DNA of 64,000 bases from Raja brachyura (Eukaryota): contig OY740782.1 in assembly GCA_963514005.1 (NCBI GenBank), positions 136,648,001 to 136,712,000 on the forward strand, written 5' to 3'. The translations under genes were made by a program, and so were the position numbers. Positions 38,144 through 49,831 of the stretch are shown here, in pieces (positions within the stretch are counted from its first letter, which is position 1; each line of letters opens with the position of its first letter). The notes under the pieces were generated by a model. That model did not search any database and was not told where the DNA came from. It saw only the letters and a list, made by a program, of their open reading frames with translations.

Positions 38144-40423
38144 TATATAAAATTATGAGAGGCAATAGATACAGTCAGAACCTTTTTCCCAGGATGCAAA
38201 TGTCAAAGGTGAGGGCACAGCATTAAGGTAAGAGGGGAAAAGTCTAAATTAGATATGTGGGGTTAGGTTTTTGCCAGAGCGAGTACTTGGTGCCTGGAAT
38301 GAGCTACCAGAGGTGGTGGCAGAGTCAAATACGATAGAGGCATTTAAGAGGTATTTCAATAGGCACAAGGATATGTTGGGAATGGAGGGATCACATGCAG
38401 GCAAAGGAGGTTAGTTTAACTTTGCATCATGTTCAGCACGGCCACTGTGGGCCACAGGGCCTGTTCTTGTGCTGTGTGTTCTATATCACGCATTAGGGAA
38501 GACTGGTAAAAACAAATAGTAAATACATTTAGGAAAATGCACACATTGTGTTTTTGTTATTTATGGCCGTATTAAAAAAAAGTTTCACTTTAAGAATGAT
38601 TCCAGGTTGACCAATGCATTGTTTTGTCAATTTTTTTGCGTATCTACAAACTTTAATAATGCACTGACTAGCGCCAACCTTGCTTGATAACAAATTCCTG
38701 GTTTAAAGAGTAGAAATTAAGAATGTCTCAGGCATTAAGAAATAAGTCACGATGACCAAACATGAACAATTATATCTAATGTTATGGACAACTAAAGAAT
38801 ATACAAAATTTGAAAGCATTTTGAGATTTTTTCAGAAAAAAATTAAATAAATTTCTTTAGCCACTGAAAATAGAATAAATCTCTTCATATATATTCCCGG
38901 ATGCTGTCTAATTTCTCTATGCATCCTTTGGGGTTCCTGTTTGATAATCAAAACCAAGAAATAAAAGTTAATTGGAGTAATCTGTTTATTTTGCTCAATA
39001 CTGAAAAAAACTCTATGATCACCACCAAATGTTGCCAAATGCAATAAATTATAGTCTGCATCTAACTTTCACTCAGAAATTCCATTCAAAACCGACAAAT
39101 GGCCAAGTCACAGCAGAAATTGAAATCAATATAAACATGCAAGGCTGAGTGCAGTTTACGTATTTAAAAATCATTACAAAAATGTAAAACTGACGGATGT
39201 GGATGTGCCACTCCTATCTGATGTTCTGCTCTGTTGTATTAGTCCTCAGTTCTTTTATCAAGCTTGCCAACTGTAATTACATGATATCAGATAGTAAATA
39301 AATAAATATTCTGGGATCCCATGCAACTGATGGGTTCTAACACGATAGTGTAAAATGGAAATCGCAGGTATTGCATCCATCCACGCCCTAACTTCTTCAT
39401 GTGAGATTCAGGACTGCAATAAATACGTTCTCTTGTTTATACAATACTGATAAAAGCTTCACCTTGTCCTTCATCTAATGTGGTATCCAAAAAAAAACTC
39501 ACTAAATTTCAATTTCTTTATTTTAATTCTCAGTAATATTCAATTAAAACCACAGAGCTTGCATACAGCAAGTCCTGGCGCATATTCTGACCAGCTTGTA
39601 AATTGTCCTATTGATAATTACAACATGTTGAAGCTTGGATACTTGTGCATTGCCATCAAGAACAGCAGAAAGCACTGGGTATTACAAAGCTCTGGGACCA
39701 GAATTGGTTGTATTAGCAAAGACCTGCATTTCATAACTAGCTGTACCTCTAGCCAAGCTGTTCTAATATAGTTAAAACACTGACATCAACCCAGCAGTGT
39801 GGGAAATTGCCCAGAGATGTCCTATTCAAAAAATGTTGGACCTTTCCCATCCAGTAAATTACCATTCAATCAGTTTATTCTCAATCAGCAAAGTGATAAA
39901 AGCTATCGTCAATGGTGCCAACAAGTGACACTTGCTCTCCAACAACCTGGCCACCAATTCCCAGTTTTGTATTTAGCTGCAACGGCTGGGCTTCAGACCT
40001 CATCACAGCCATGGCTAGAGAACAAAGGATTGAATTCCAGAGAGTGACCACTTTCACATCAATGCACCATTTGTCAGAGTGCGGCATCAAGGAACCATGG
40101 TACTAGTATAGACTAATTACAGTCACGTGTATCAAGATATCGTGAAAATGTTTGTTTGCATGCTATTCATCAAATCACATTATATATGGATATAATCTTG
40201 GTCGGGATCGGCACGTTGGGCTGAAGGGCCTGCTTCCATACTTTTTCACTCCATGACACAAAGAGGAAGGCTGGTTTGTAAAATTGACTGTGCCACTCCA
40301 TATGTCTTGGGCAGAGTTGTTGCCAAACTGAATTGTGATACCTCCTGGAAGGATGCTTTCTGCAGTGCATTTGTAGAGGTTTATAAAAGACATTGGATAG
40401 ATGTCAAAACATCCTTGGTCTTC

Positions 40424-41645
40424 TGTAGATGTTTAGTGCATGTCCCTTTAATTGTAGGTTGTGTAGCCACTCCCCTTTCACCAAGTATATTACTGTCTCT
40501 CCATCCCTGGTACCCCCTCTAGTAAAACGTGCAGACCATGTACAACTAGGGCATCGATATATATGTGATTAATAAAGACTCGGTAAAGGAACACTGTGTA
40601 CGTGTATACTCCTTTACATGGTGTCGGTCGTTTCGAATTGCGCGCCTCCTGTTTATCGGGTTTAGTTTTTTTGCCCCAGTTACCCTTTCCTGCCTGGTCA
40701 CGGCTTCCTCCTGCCGCAAGCCTGAGTCCCTTGTCTTTGACGACGACATCGCTCCCCGGTGGAACGTGTTCCGCCGGGATTTTCGGCATTATGTGGCTCT
40801 CGTGCACCCGGGAGTTTCCTCTGCCATTAAAGCGTCGCTGCTATTGAATCTAGCCGGCTCCGAGGCTCTGGAGCGCTCTGAATCGTTTGAGTACGGGCCG
40901 AATGAGGACCCCGAGGACCTTGACTGTCTACTGGGGAAGTTCAACGAGATGTGCGATGTGCCCACGAACTCTATTCTGGAGCGTTTTAAGTTTTTTGGAC
41001 GTCGTCAGAAACCAGGTGAGTCTGTCGGCAACTTCTACGCTGACCTACGGCACCTGGCTAGGCGATGCCACCTGAATGACGCTACCCCAGAGACCCTGAC
41101 CCGCGATGTCCTGGTGTATGGTCTACGAAATGAAAAGCTGCGGTCGGAGCTCCTGTGTAAGGCAGACTTGACTCTCCAGGCTGCCCTGCATGCTGCAAAG
41201 ATGTCTGAGGCTGTTATCTCTGCTGCACCACCCCCTGATCATGAGGTTCGGGCAGCTACCGTCGCAACCCGCCGTCCTGCTCAGCAAACTCGCCGTGGGG
41301 CCAGCTATGGTTCAAGTTCCAAGCTGGAGAAGCGCTGCCCGAACTGTAACTTTGTGACTCATCGTTTCAACGTGTGCCCTGCGGTGGGAAAGATTTGTAA
41401 CTTCTGCAACAAGCCTAACCACTTCTCGTCAGCATGCAGAGCTAGAAAAAATCCTGCCCAGCAACAGCGCAGGCACTCTAATTACCTGGTACGGGATGGT
41501 ACTGCGTCTGGTTCTTATCACTCTCCTGACAACCTCCCACTGTCTGATTCGGACTCTTCTCAGAGTGAGCAACTAGGGCATCGATATATATGTGATTAAT
41601 AAAGACTCGGTAAAGGAACACTGTGTACGTGTATACTCCTTTACA
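40424..41645 (+). mobile_element. Internally deleted, gag-only Ty3/Gypsy LTR retroelement
   Basis: TCTTC duplicated at 40419-40423 and 41646-41650; 5' LTR TGTA...TACA 40424-40618; PBS-like TGGTGTC at 40619; last 76 bp of the LTR repeated identically at 41570-41645. Confidence 0.93.
40700..41599 (+). CDS. gag: Gypsy Gag (capsid plus two CCHC zinc knuckles), open frame ending inside the 3' LTR
   Basis: ERFKFFGRRQKPGESVGNFYADLRHLARRC (MHR-like), RDVLVYGL, CPNCNFVTHRFNVC and CNFCNKPNHFSSAC; presumptive start codon reads ACG. Confidence 0.9.
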   Translation, partial: TASSCRKPESLVFDDDIAPRWNVFRRDFRHYVALVHPGVSSAIKASLLLNLAGSEALERSESFEYGPNEDPEDLDCLLGKFNEMCDVPTNSILERFKFFGRRQKPGESVGNFYADLRHLARRCHLNDATPETLTRDVLVYGLRNEKLRSELLCKADLTLQAALHAAKMSEAVISAAPPPDHEVRAATVATRRPAQQTRRGASYGSSSKLEKRCPNCNFVTHRFNVCPAVGKICNFCNKPNHFSSACRARKNPAQQQRRHSNYLVRDGTASGSYHSPDNLPLSDSDSSQSEQLGHRYICD

Positions 41646-42111
41646 TCTTCTGAGAAAGTAGAGGCATTGTAGTGTATTTTCCTGGTCGCAGCTTCCATTT
41701 GCTTGGTCCAGGATAAATTGTTGATGATATTTATACCTGGGAACTAGAAGCTCTCAACCATCCCCAGATCAGCACATTTGGTGCTGACTGGAAAATATGC
41801 ACAAACCCATTCCCTGAAGGCAACAAGTAGCTCCTTCATTGTGATGATATTGAACAAGATGTTGTTGTCTTGACATCCTGTATCCAATCTCCTTCTCAAC
41901 ATTGATCAAGTTCTGGCCCACTACAGTGGCAACATCTGCAAACCTGTAAACGAAGTTCGAGCACAAACGGAGGTCCCCCCACACCGGGTGCCAATTGTCT
42001 TCCCCCCCACCCCCCACCACGTTCCACCCCGCCACTGGGGCTCCCGCTGTTGCAGTTTTCCCTCAGTCTTCGACAACCAACCATCTCCACTACTTCATCA
42101 CAAACTACCTT

Positions 42112-42325
42112 CCATATAACCATATAACCATATAACAATTACAGCACGGAAACAGGCCTTCTTGGCCCTTCCAGTCCGTGCCGACCATTTATTTTCCCCA
42201 AGTCCCATCTACCTGCACTCAGACCGTACCCCTCCATTCCCTTCCCATCCATATACCTATCCATTTTACTTTTAAATGTTAAAATCGATCCTGCCTCCAC
42301 CACTTCTGCAGGAATATCATGCCAC
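42112..42325 (-). mobile_element. CR1 3' end (same subfamily as 57940-58270)
   Basis: AEVVEAGSILTFKSKMDRYMDGKGMEGYG; (atatggtt)n tail. Confidence 0.92.
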
Positions 42326-43947
42326 ACAGAAGTGATCTTCCATTAGAAGATCAAAAGTAGATGTGAATAATGATGATTGTACCATATTTAATTGAATTTG
42401 CAACTCAACAAATTATACAGCCCGAGGCAACAGACAAGGATAGTGGCAAGTAATTAAAACATTATCACAAAATTGTCACCCAATGACATTGTCCAACAAG
42501 AAAGACACTGCTCACCTACATTTGATATTCAACAACTCCATGCTTCCCATCATCCCAAGGGTGCCAATTGACCAGAAAATAGATTGGACCAGCATGAGCA
42601 AGAGAAGGTCAGAAGCTGAAAATCCTGAAGTGCCTGCACCGTGTAATACTCAACTGCTGATATTCAAATCTATGCCATAAATCTGTCATGTGATTTGCAT
42701 CAGTCGTCTGCAATTGAGCAAGTGCAGTTTCAAGTCAAACAGGTCCAGACCACCAAGAATATGAAACCTACTGGAATGGTATTTGCTTCACTCCCCAACA
42801 ACATTAATTCCCTCCATTAGTGGCCACGGCACATACCACCTCCAAAACGCACTGCAGTTACCTATCTCAACTCTCTGGGCAGTACTTTGCAGACATATGG
42901 TAAGACCACGGCAGAAGGAGGACACCACCACCTACAGGTTTCCCTTCCAGATGTCCACCTGTTGACTTTGAAGTACACCAGAAGTGCCTTTGTTGTCGCT
43001 GTGCCTAAATTCTGGAACTCTTTACCCAACAGTAATGTAGAAGTTCCTTCAGCATAAGTACTGCATTGATTCAAGAAGATGACTTACACTTAACTTCTCA
43101 TGGACGTTTATGAATGGGTAATGAAAGGCCTTTTTAGTCACAAATAATTAATTAAAGGGAAAACTGAAGTCTGCTATCCTGTTAATTCCCTTCAGTTAAA
43201 AATGCTTTCTAGGAATAGGATTATACTCTTGGTCCCTTAATTAAATAGACACAATATTGACTATGTATAAACAAACATATACCTAAAATGATGGAGGTGA
43301 TTATTTTACTCGGAAATGTGATTATTACTATTTAACATTTTTTTTAGATAATTATTTTGTTATAAAACTTACCAATGTTAAGTACTCCATTCCGTAAATA
43401 ATAACAACTGAAAGACTTCCATTAAATATTTAACACAATTTGATCTTTCCCCATTCCCCTTTACTGGCACACACATCTATAGAATTAAAAGTCTCATCTT
43501 GACCACTTCCTGTCTATGCTCTATATTGATTTTAGAAAAAACGCTACCCTGTATTGCTGTGATCTTTGGCCATCTTACTCACAGTCCTCCTCCGTTGAGC
43601 CAGCTCTGAGGATTTTTCCCATTGATGAAAAATAAAAAAGTTATGAGTGTTTAAAAAACCTTGAGATCAGGTTATTGATCCTCTCGCCTGTCAATCACCA
43701 TGATGAAAGTAATGCCATTTCCGGGGGGGGGGGGGGGGGGGGTTGAACTATAAAACCACAGATGCCTGAATATCAAATGTCAGTCACTCTGCAAGATCAT
43801 GAGGGAGAGCCCATGATCTGGATCTCAGAAATGAAATTAACTGAAATGACAATGCCATGGGTTGTTTGGCCTGCTGCCCTGCCTGTGCTTAAAATTACAA
43901 TGTTTTATTAGGTCCAACTGTGTTTGGAAGGAATAAATGCTTTATTA

Positions 43948-44420
43948 GCGGCGGCCTGGCTTTCGGGAGCTGTGGTGCTCCAGCGGTGGCCTGGCTTTCG
44001 GGAGCTGCAGTGTTCCAGCGGCGACCTGGGTTTCGGTAGCTGCGGTGCTCCAGCGGCGACCTGGGTTTCGGGAGCTGCGGTGCTCCAGCGGCGACCTGGG
44101 TTTCGGGAGCTGCGGTGCTCCAGCGACGTTCCGGCGGCGGCCCTGTGGCGGTGTTCCGGCGTTCCGGCGTCAGCGGTCTGGATCCCCTCAGCGCAGAGGG
44201 AGAATAAGGAGGGGAGAAAGACAGAGACCCTAAGACTTTTGCCTTCCACCACAGTGAGGAGGTGTTTGGTGAACTCACTGTGGTGGATGTTAATTTTGTG
44301 TTTATTGTATGGTATTGTTATTTTTATATATGTATGACTGCAGGCACGACATTTTGTTCAGACCGAAAGGTCTGAATGACAATAAAGGCATTCAATTCAA
44401 TTCAATTCAATTCAATTCAA
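43948..44420 (+). mobile_element. Composite retroposon copy 4 with 35-bp VNTR
   Basis: Tandem ggcgacctgggtttcgggagctgcggtgctccagc (about 5 units), hairpin at 44240-44290, ttcagaccgaaaggtctgaa stem-loop, (ttcaa)n tail. Confidence 0.8.
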
Positions 44421-44691
44421 TTAGGTCTGACTGTGTTTGGAAGGAATAAATGCTTTATTAGGTCTGACTGTGTTTACTCCAAAAGTCCCGCTCATTTTGT
44501 GACTTCCACTTAGCGGACAGGTCGCGCTGATTGCGCAATTTCCGGTGAGTGCAGTGGATGCGCTGATTGCGTAATTTCTGGTAAGTGCTGAAGTCACTCT
44601 GATTGCAGAAGTTCCGCTGACTGTGGAAGCCCCACAGTGGAGAGGCCATACTCAGCTGTGTGAGTAGATTCAAGAAAGTTTACAGTCATAT

Positions 44692-45278
44692 NNNNNNNNN
44701 NNNNNNNNNNNNNNNNNNNNNNNNNNNNNNNNNNNNNNNNNNNNNNNNNNNNNNNNNNNNNNNNNNNNNNNNNNNNNNNNNNNNNNNNNNNNNNNNNNNN
44801 NNNNNNNNNNNNNNNNNNNNNNNNNNNNNNNNNNNNNNNNNNNNNNNNNNNNNNNNNNNNNNNNNNNNNNNNNNNNNNNNNNNNNNNNNNNNNNNNNNNN
44901 NNNNNNNNNNNNNNNNNNNNNNNNNNNNNNNNNNNNNNNNNNNNNNNNNNNNNNNNNNNNNNNNNNNNNNNNNNNNNNNNNNNNNNNNNNNNNNNNNNNN
45001 NNNNNNNNNNNNNNNNNNNNNNNNNNNNNNNNNNNNNNNNNNNNNNNNNNNNNNNNNNNNNNNNNNNNNNNNNNNNNNNNNNNNNNNNNNNNNNNNNNNN
45101 NNNNNNNNNNNNNNNNNNNNNNNNNNNNNNNNNNNNNNNNNNNNNNNNNNNNNNNNNNNNNNNNNNNNNNNNNNNNNNNNNNNNNNNNNNNNNNNNNNNN
45201 NNNNNNNNNNNNNNNNNNNNNNNNNNNNNNNNNNNNNNNNNNNNNNNNNNNNNNNNNNNNNNNNNNNNNNNNNNNNNN
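44692..45278. other. Assembly gap (N run)
   Basis: Run of n characters. Confidence 1.
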
Positions 45279-45759
45279 TATTGCATTGGGGGACCAGCCC
45301 TCCAGTGTGAAGCTGGGACCCAACGGGTCCTACTTCGTCTAGTTGTTCTTTATAGCTCTGTATTGCATATTTATCCACCCACTTTCCTCATGTTTGATTC
45401 ATACAGTCCTTACTTTTATTTTATTTGCACTGATTCTGAATGTGAAGTCTGGAAGCATCAGGTGCAAGTGCAAAGAATACTACACATTTTATCTGCAACA
45501 TCAGGCAATAACACCTGAGATACATCAAAGGAAGCGAGATGCTTGAGGTGTGATAGAGAAGACTCAATTATTTCTCAGTTGCCAAGTCTCCGAAAAAAAA
45601 GGAAATCCATGGTTCAGTCAGTAGACATCCTGTCTTGGAGACAGTATTATATTTTGTTTGTAGTTGCTGCTATTCAAAGTTTATTGGAAGGTTACAACAG
45701 AATGCTTAGCACAGTGCCTAGCTACTGACCTTTGTTGGGACTTGTTTTAATTAAAGGAA

Positions 45760-45795
45760 CTAAATTTGAAACAATTTTTTAAACAAAGAACCATT
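45760..45795 (-). CDS. Possible terminal exon NGSLFKKLFQI* of the minus-strand gene
   Basis: Strong acceptor tttcctttgtttacag, phase 0 compatible with exon 46144-46220; ATTAAA shortly after the stop. Confidence 0.35.
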   Translation of the reverse strand, partial: NGSLFKKLFQI

Positions 45796-46143
45796 CTGTA
45801 AACAAAGGAAATATGATCAGAATTGAAGGAGGGAAAAAACAGGTCATATTGTTAAAAAGATAGCTAGCAAGTGAACCAATATAATGTTCTTGAGGAACAC
45901 GAAGAAAAATGTCAGATTTAGAAAGAAGAAACTGCATCTCAAAGTGAGCAAAGATAGACAAGAGACGATTTCAAAATTACCACCAGTCTCTGATGAATCT
46001 GCAATTACATCAATAGAAATGCAAAATAAGACATGTTTTCTTTCATAAAGAGGTAGTCCATAAACCCAGCTTCACATGGGCTACCAAGCTGAAATTCCAC
46101 CTAATCATCTCAGGCATACTACTTGAAGCACCATCATACATAC

Positions 46144-46220
46144 CAAGTCCCAACAATATAAATATAGTTCTTGCACACATTCATAAATGTAATCAGAATG
46201 TTCTTGGGAGGATTCATCAT
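46144..46220 (-). CDS. Internal exon (N)DESSQEHSDYIYECVQELYLYCWDL
   Basis: tcttttgctcttcacag acceptor, gtatgt donor, 77 nt, phase 1 to 0, compatible with exon 47577-47611. Confidence 0.6.
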
Positions 46221-46249
46221 CTGTGAAGAGCAAAAGATACTTTTTTAAC

Positions 46250-46440
46250 ATTCGGGTGCTCCGGTTTCCTCCAACAGCCTGAAGACCTGCGGGTTTGTAG
46301 GTTAATGGGCTTCTGTAAATTGCCCCATGCGTCAGCAGCATATGTGGAAATGGGGTAACACAGAACTAGTGGAAACGGGTGATCAATGGTTGCCGTGGAT
46401 TTGGTGAGCCGAAAGGCCTGTTTCCAGGCTGCATCTTTAT
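46250..46440 (+). mobile_element. HE1-like V-SINE, partial
   Basis: cgggtgctccggtttcctcc...gtaggttaat...ccgaaaggcctgtttcc. Confidence 0.8.
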
Positions 46441-46984
46441 TAAAAAAAGTAAGATATGAAGAACAAAACCTATATCTGTCATTTTGACTATTCTACATGA
46501 GATGTATGAATATTATCCTGGAATTAAATCTCAAAGACATGTCAGTGTGCAATTTAAAGATTTCCCTCTCAACTACTGCGGTGCCTTACTTGTTATGCAT
46601 GACACAGTAAGGATGTGGAGTTTCTGGAGGACAGAATGTTGTTTAATTTGCCTTGGAAGCTAGATTAAACCACAGGGACTGCAGAAGGGTCTCGATCCAA
46701 AACGTCATCTATCATAGAAACATAGGTGCAGGAGTAGGCCACTCGGCCCTTCGAGCCAGCACCGCTATCCATTTGCCTGACCTGTTGAGTTACTCCACAT
46801 TATTGCAGGGCTGCCAACTCTCACGCATTGAACGTGACAATCACACATTTCACTCGATTCTCACGCTCTCATGCTGATCACAGTATTCTCACTCTCAATT
46901 TTTTTTTTCAATTAAGAGAGTCCCGAAAAATTCAATTTGCCCAAGGCTTCCACGCTCCTCCAACTCAGAAACTCAGAGAGATGA

Positions 46985-47172
46985 CTCAGAGAATAGTCAC
47001 ATCCTCGCCAGGAAGTGACTGGGAAATGGTCCCCCCCTTACCATACCCCCTCTCCCACATAGAAAAACTACAGAACCCTCCAAAACATACTGTTAAGACA
47101 AATTAACATTAAAATAAGATCGAAAAAACGGACAGACTGTAGGCAGAGGCTGCCAACAATGCGGCGCCCCTA
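46985..47172 (-). mobile_element. Head fragment of the composite retroposon (copy 5)
   Basis: taggggcgccgcattgttggcagcctctgcctacagtctgtccgtttttt followed by a G-rich block, as in copies 2, 3 and 7. Confidence 0.6.
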
Positions 47173-47284
47173 GTGGCAGGTGTAAAACACAATGACTGGA
47201 GATATGTGGCATGAATCAGAATCATGTGTTCATCTTTATTGACATGACACCACAATATATATAGTAGAGACAAAATAATTTAAT

Positions 47285-47530
47285 GGGATGGCACAGTAGT
47301 GCAGCGGTAGAGTTGCTGCCTTACAGCACCACAGACCCAGATACGATCCCGATTACGGGTGCTGTCTGTACAGGGTTTTCTCCGGATATTCCGGTTTCAC
47401 CCACACCCGAAAGAAGTGCAGGTTTGTAGATTAATTGGCTTCTGTAAATTGTCCCTGGCGTGTCGGATAGAACTGGTGTATGGTAGATTGCCGGTCGGTA
47501 TGAAGTTGGTGGGCCGAAGGGCCTGTTTCC
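47285..47530 (+). mobile_element. HE1-like V-SINE
   Basis: ggcacagtagtgcagcggtagagttgctgcc head, V-domain, CR1 tail. Confidence 0.88.
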
Positions 47531-47576
47531 ATATATATGTTTTACATAAATATCTTAATTTCATTGAACCATATAC

Positions 47577-47611
47577 TTGGTTGAATATGTGGCATTATTT
47601 GTGTCTTGTTT
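47577..47611 (-). CDS. Internal exon (K)NKTQIMPHIQP
   Basis: tcttaccctttgactatag acceptor, gtatat donor, 35 nt, phase 2 to 1; bridges the flanking exons in frame. Confidence 0.5.
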
Positions 47612-48019
47612 CTATAGTCAAAGGGTAAGATTGATTAATTTATTTATGCAGAAGAGTGTTGAAGTCCAACTGCTCTTGCCTTGTTTCTATGTTTTTTTTA
47701 ATATTAATATGCATAGCAGCATGATTTATAATCTGATTTCCATACATGAATATACTAAGATTCATGTGCTGCACCTGTTAGAGCCTGGCTCTACTGTGGA
47801 ATGTAATTAGTAATGTAATTTAGCCTAAACTTATTCATACCTAATCCAATTTAAAGCATAAATGTTGCATTCAAGTGTAAATTAAAAGACTAGCTACAGT
47901 ATGCACCAGATTACACAATTTCAAGCCAAAAAATGCAAAACCTCCCTACCATGGGAGGGGGGAGACCCATCTCCCACACCCTTGATTATATGGCAGCCCT
48001 TCTGGGAATGGGATGTAAA

Positions 48020-48430
48020 TGAGCTAGTTAGTTGGGTAGCAATGGGGGAGAAACTGTTCATAAGTCCGGACACCTGTGCTTTCAAGTAGCTGTATCTTCT
48101 CCCAAAAGGTAGAAAAGAGAAAAGGCAATGGGCAGAGTGACTGGCATTCTTGACGGTACTTCCAGCTTTGCTGATAAAACACATTTTGGCAATGGACTGG
48201 ATGAAAGGAAAAGATGAGCCCGTGATGGTCTGGGCTATGTTTGCCACTCTCTACAGGTAACATTGGTGAAGAACAGCGCAGTGCCACACCGGACTGAAAT
48301 GCATCCCTTCAGAATACCTCCTACAGTGCATCTGTAGAAGTTCAAAGGAATCCACGTGGACAGACTGGATCTTCTCAGGTACCTAAGAAAATAAACATGC
48401 TGTTGCACGTTCTTGATTACTTCAGTGGGG
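48020..48430 (-). mobile_element. Old Rex1 3' fragment
   Basis: QQHVYFLRYLRR...NFYRCTVGGILKGCISV; HSAHCLFSFLPFGRRY. Confidence 0.85.
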
Positions 48431-49779
48431 TGGGAGGTTGCAACCTTCACGTGGTCTACCCTGTTTCGACAGATGAAATCAACCTGGCGTGCACAAACAG
48501 AATAGGCTGTGCACACCATAAGCAAGAAGAAAAAAAAGATTACTTTAGTGTGAAGGGATTGTGTTATGTTGATGGAGATATGGATGCCAAGGACTGAGGC
48601 TTTCCATGAACTCTACAGCTGCTCCACTGATGAGGAAAAAGAAAGATAAGGCAAGCCCACAGTAGTTCATTAACGTTAAGCTCAAGATTATGAGAGAAAG
48701 AACAGTGATTATGAGAGAAAGAACACTTCCGTCCATCAAGGTTCAGTGTGGCAGCACATCCATGTATTACAAATTAAACAAATGATTGTATTGTACAGCA
48801 CACGCCTCGTCCAATTTATTGAGCTACAGCAGTCATGGAAAAGTCACTGGTATCTTCTCCTTTCAAGATTAAAATAACCCTACATCAATTGGGTAGGGTA
48901 ATTTATACCATGGTTGACACCAAGAAAGGTTCAACCGACAAGAAAAGGTGTGACAGCAAAGACAAAATGGGTAGATTACATGTAGACACAAAACGTTGGA
49001 GTGGCATTTAATAATATGTTCCCTCCTCTGGCTTCACAATTCGCACTTCTTCGATCCTCATCTCACACCTTTTGTCTTTTTTATTCACTAGCCTTTGTCG
49101 AACCATCTGCTTTTAATAAAAATCCTCACCTGCATCCACTTATCACTCACCAGGATTTGACCTGTCTCTGCACTCTTCCAGCTTTCTCCATCACCCCCCA
49201 CCAACCCCCAACTCAGATCATGAAGATGTGTAGTGACCCAAAATGTCACCAATCCATATTCTCCAAAGATGCTTTCTGACCAGCTGAGTTACTCCGGAAC
49301 TATGTATTTTTTTGTAAAGTTCCTTGTGTCTATACTACCCACTAAGTCTCGATATATTCCAGTATACTTTTTAATCAGCTAAATCATTCAATATTGGATT
49401 AGCCAATACAATTTCCAAACTGCAGTGAACAGTGTTTGATGGAAATTGCGTTATAAGCCATTGCAATAGAAAATATGGCAGTGAGTGGAAGTGGCTAAAG
49501 ATTGCAAAAGCTAAGAAAAAGGCAGACTGTAATAGCAGAATCAATTTCATTTTTGTTAAATTATGAATGAAAAGTAAAATTTGAGATTGCATGTGCTTAG
49601 AGATAAATATAATAAAGGGCACAGGAAATTAACTACTCCATTATTACAAAGATATGTTTAAACATTGATTTTATATCAGGAATTGCATTAAAATATACCA
49701 GAAAGAACAAGAATTGCAAAATTCATTAGATTTTGTATTTCAGTTCCGTACAATATTCAACATTCAAATAAGAACTTAC

Positions 49780-49831
49780 TTAAAACCAAAAAGCTCTTTA
49801 GTGTGAATTTGTTGGAATTTTAAACCAAATT
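49780..49831 (-). CDS. Internal exon (x)FGLKFQQIHTKELFGF(K)
   Basis: ccctctgtatgtgttcatag acceptor, gtaagt donor, 52 nt, single open frame, phase 1 to 2. Confidence 0.6.

Larger units (their letters stand above)
39800..43120 (+). mobile_element. Very old CR1/L2-clade LINE relic (39800-40100 and 42330-43120) interrupted by Rex1, LTR and CR1 insertions
   Basis: Degenerate NYHSISLFSISKV, FVRVRHQG, DDCTIF and KFWNSLP motifs. Confidence 0.55.
43476..45342 (+). mobile_element. Non-autonomous Helitron spanning the assembly gap
   Basis: A|TCTATAGAATTAAAAG 5' end; 3' hairpin gggaccc-aac-gggtcc about 8 nt before CTAG|T; continuity across the gap is assumed. Confidence 0.7.

Noticed and set aside
43955-44130. 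35-bp repeats resembling a CRISPR array
   Set aside because: Contiguous tandem units without unique spacers, eukaryotic context, and no cas genes.
44594-45378. Long ORFs made of X residues
   Set aside because: Artefacts of the N gap.
47618-47624. Plus-strand 7-nt microexon (tctatag|tcaaagg|gtaaga)
   Set aside because: Frame-shifting with no partner exons; the minus-strand exon explains the region better.
46806-48000. hAT-like ends (cagggctgcca ... tggcagccct) bracketing exon 47577-47611, as if a transposon had captured an exon
   Set aside because: No 8-bp TSD and the subterminal sequences do not match; more likely two unrelated fragments.
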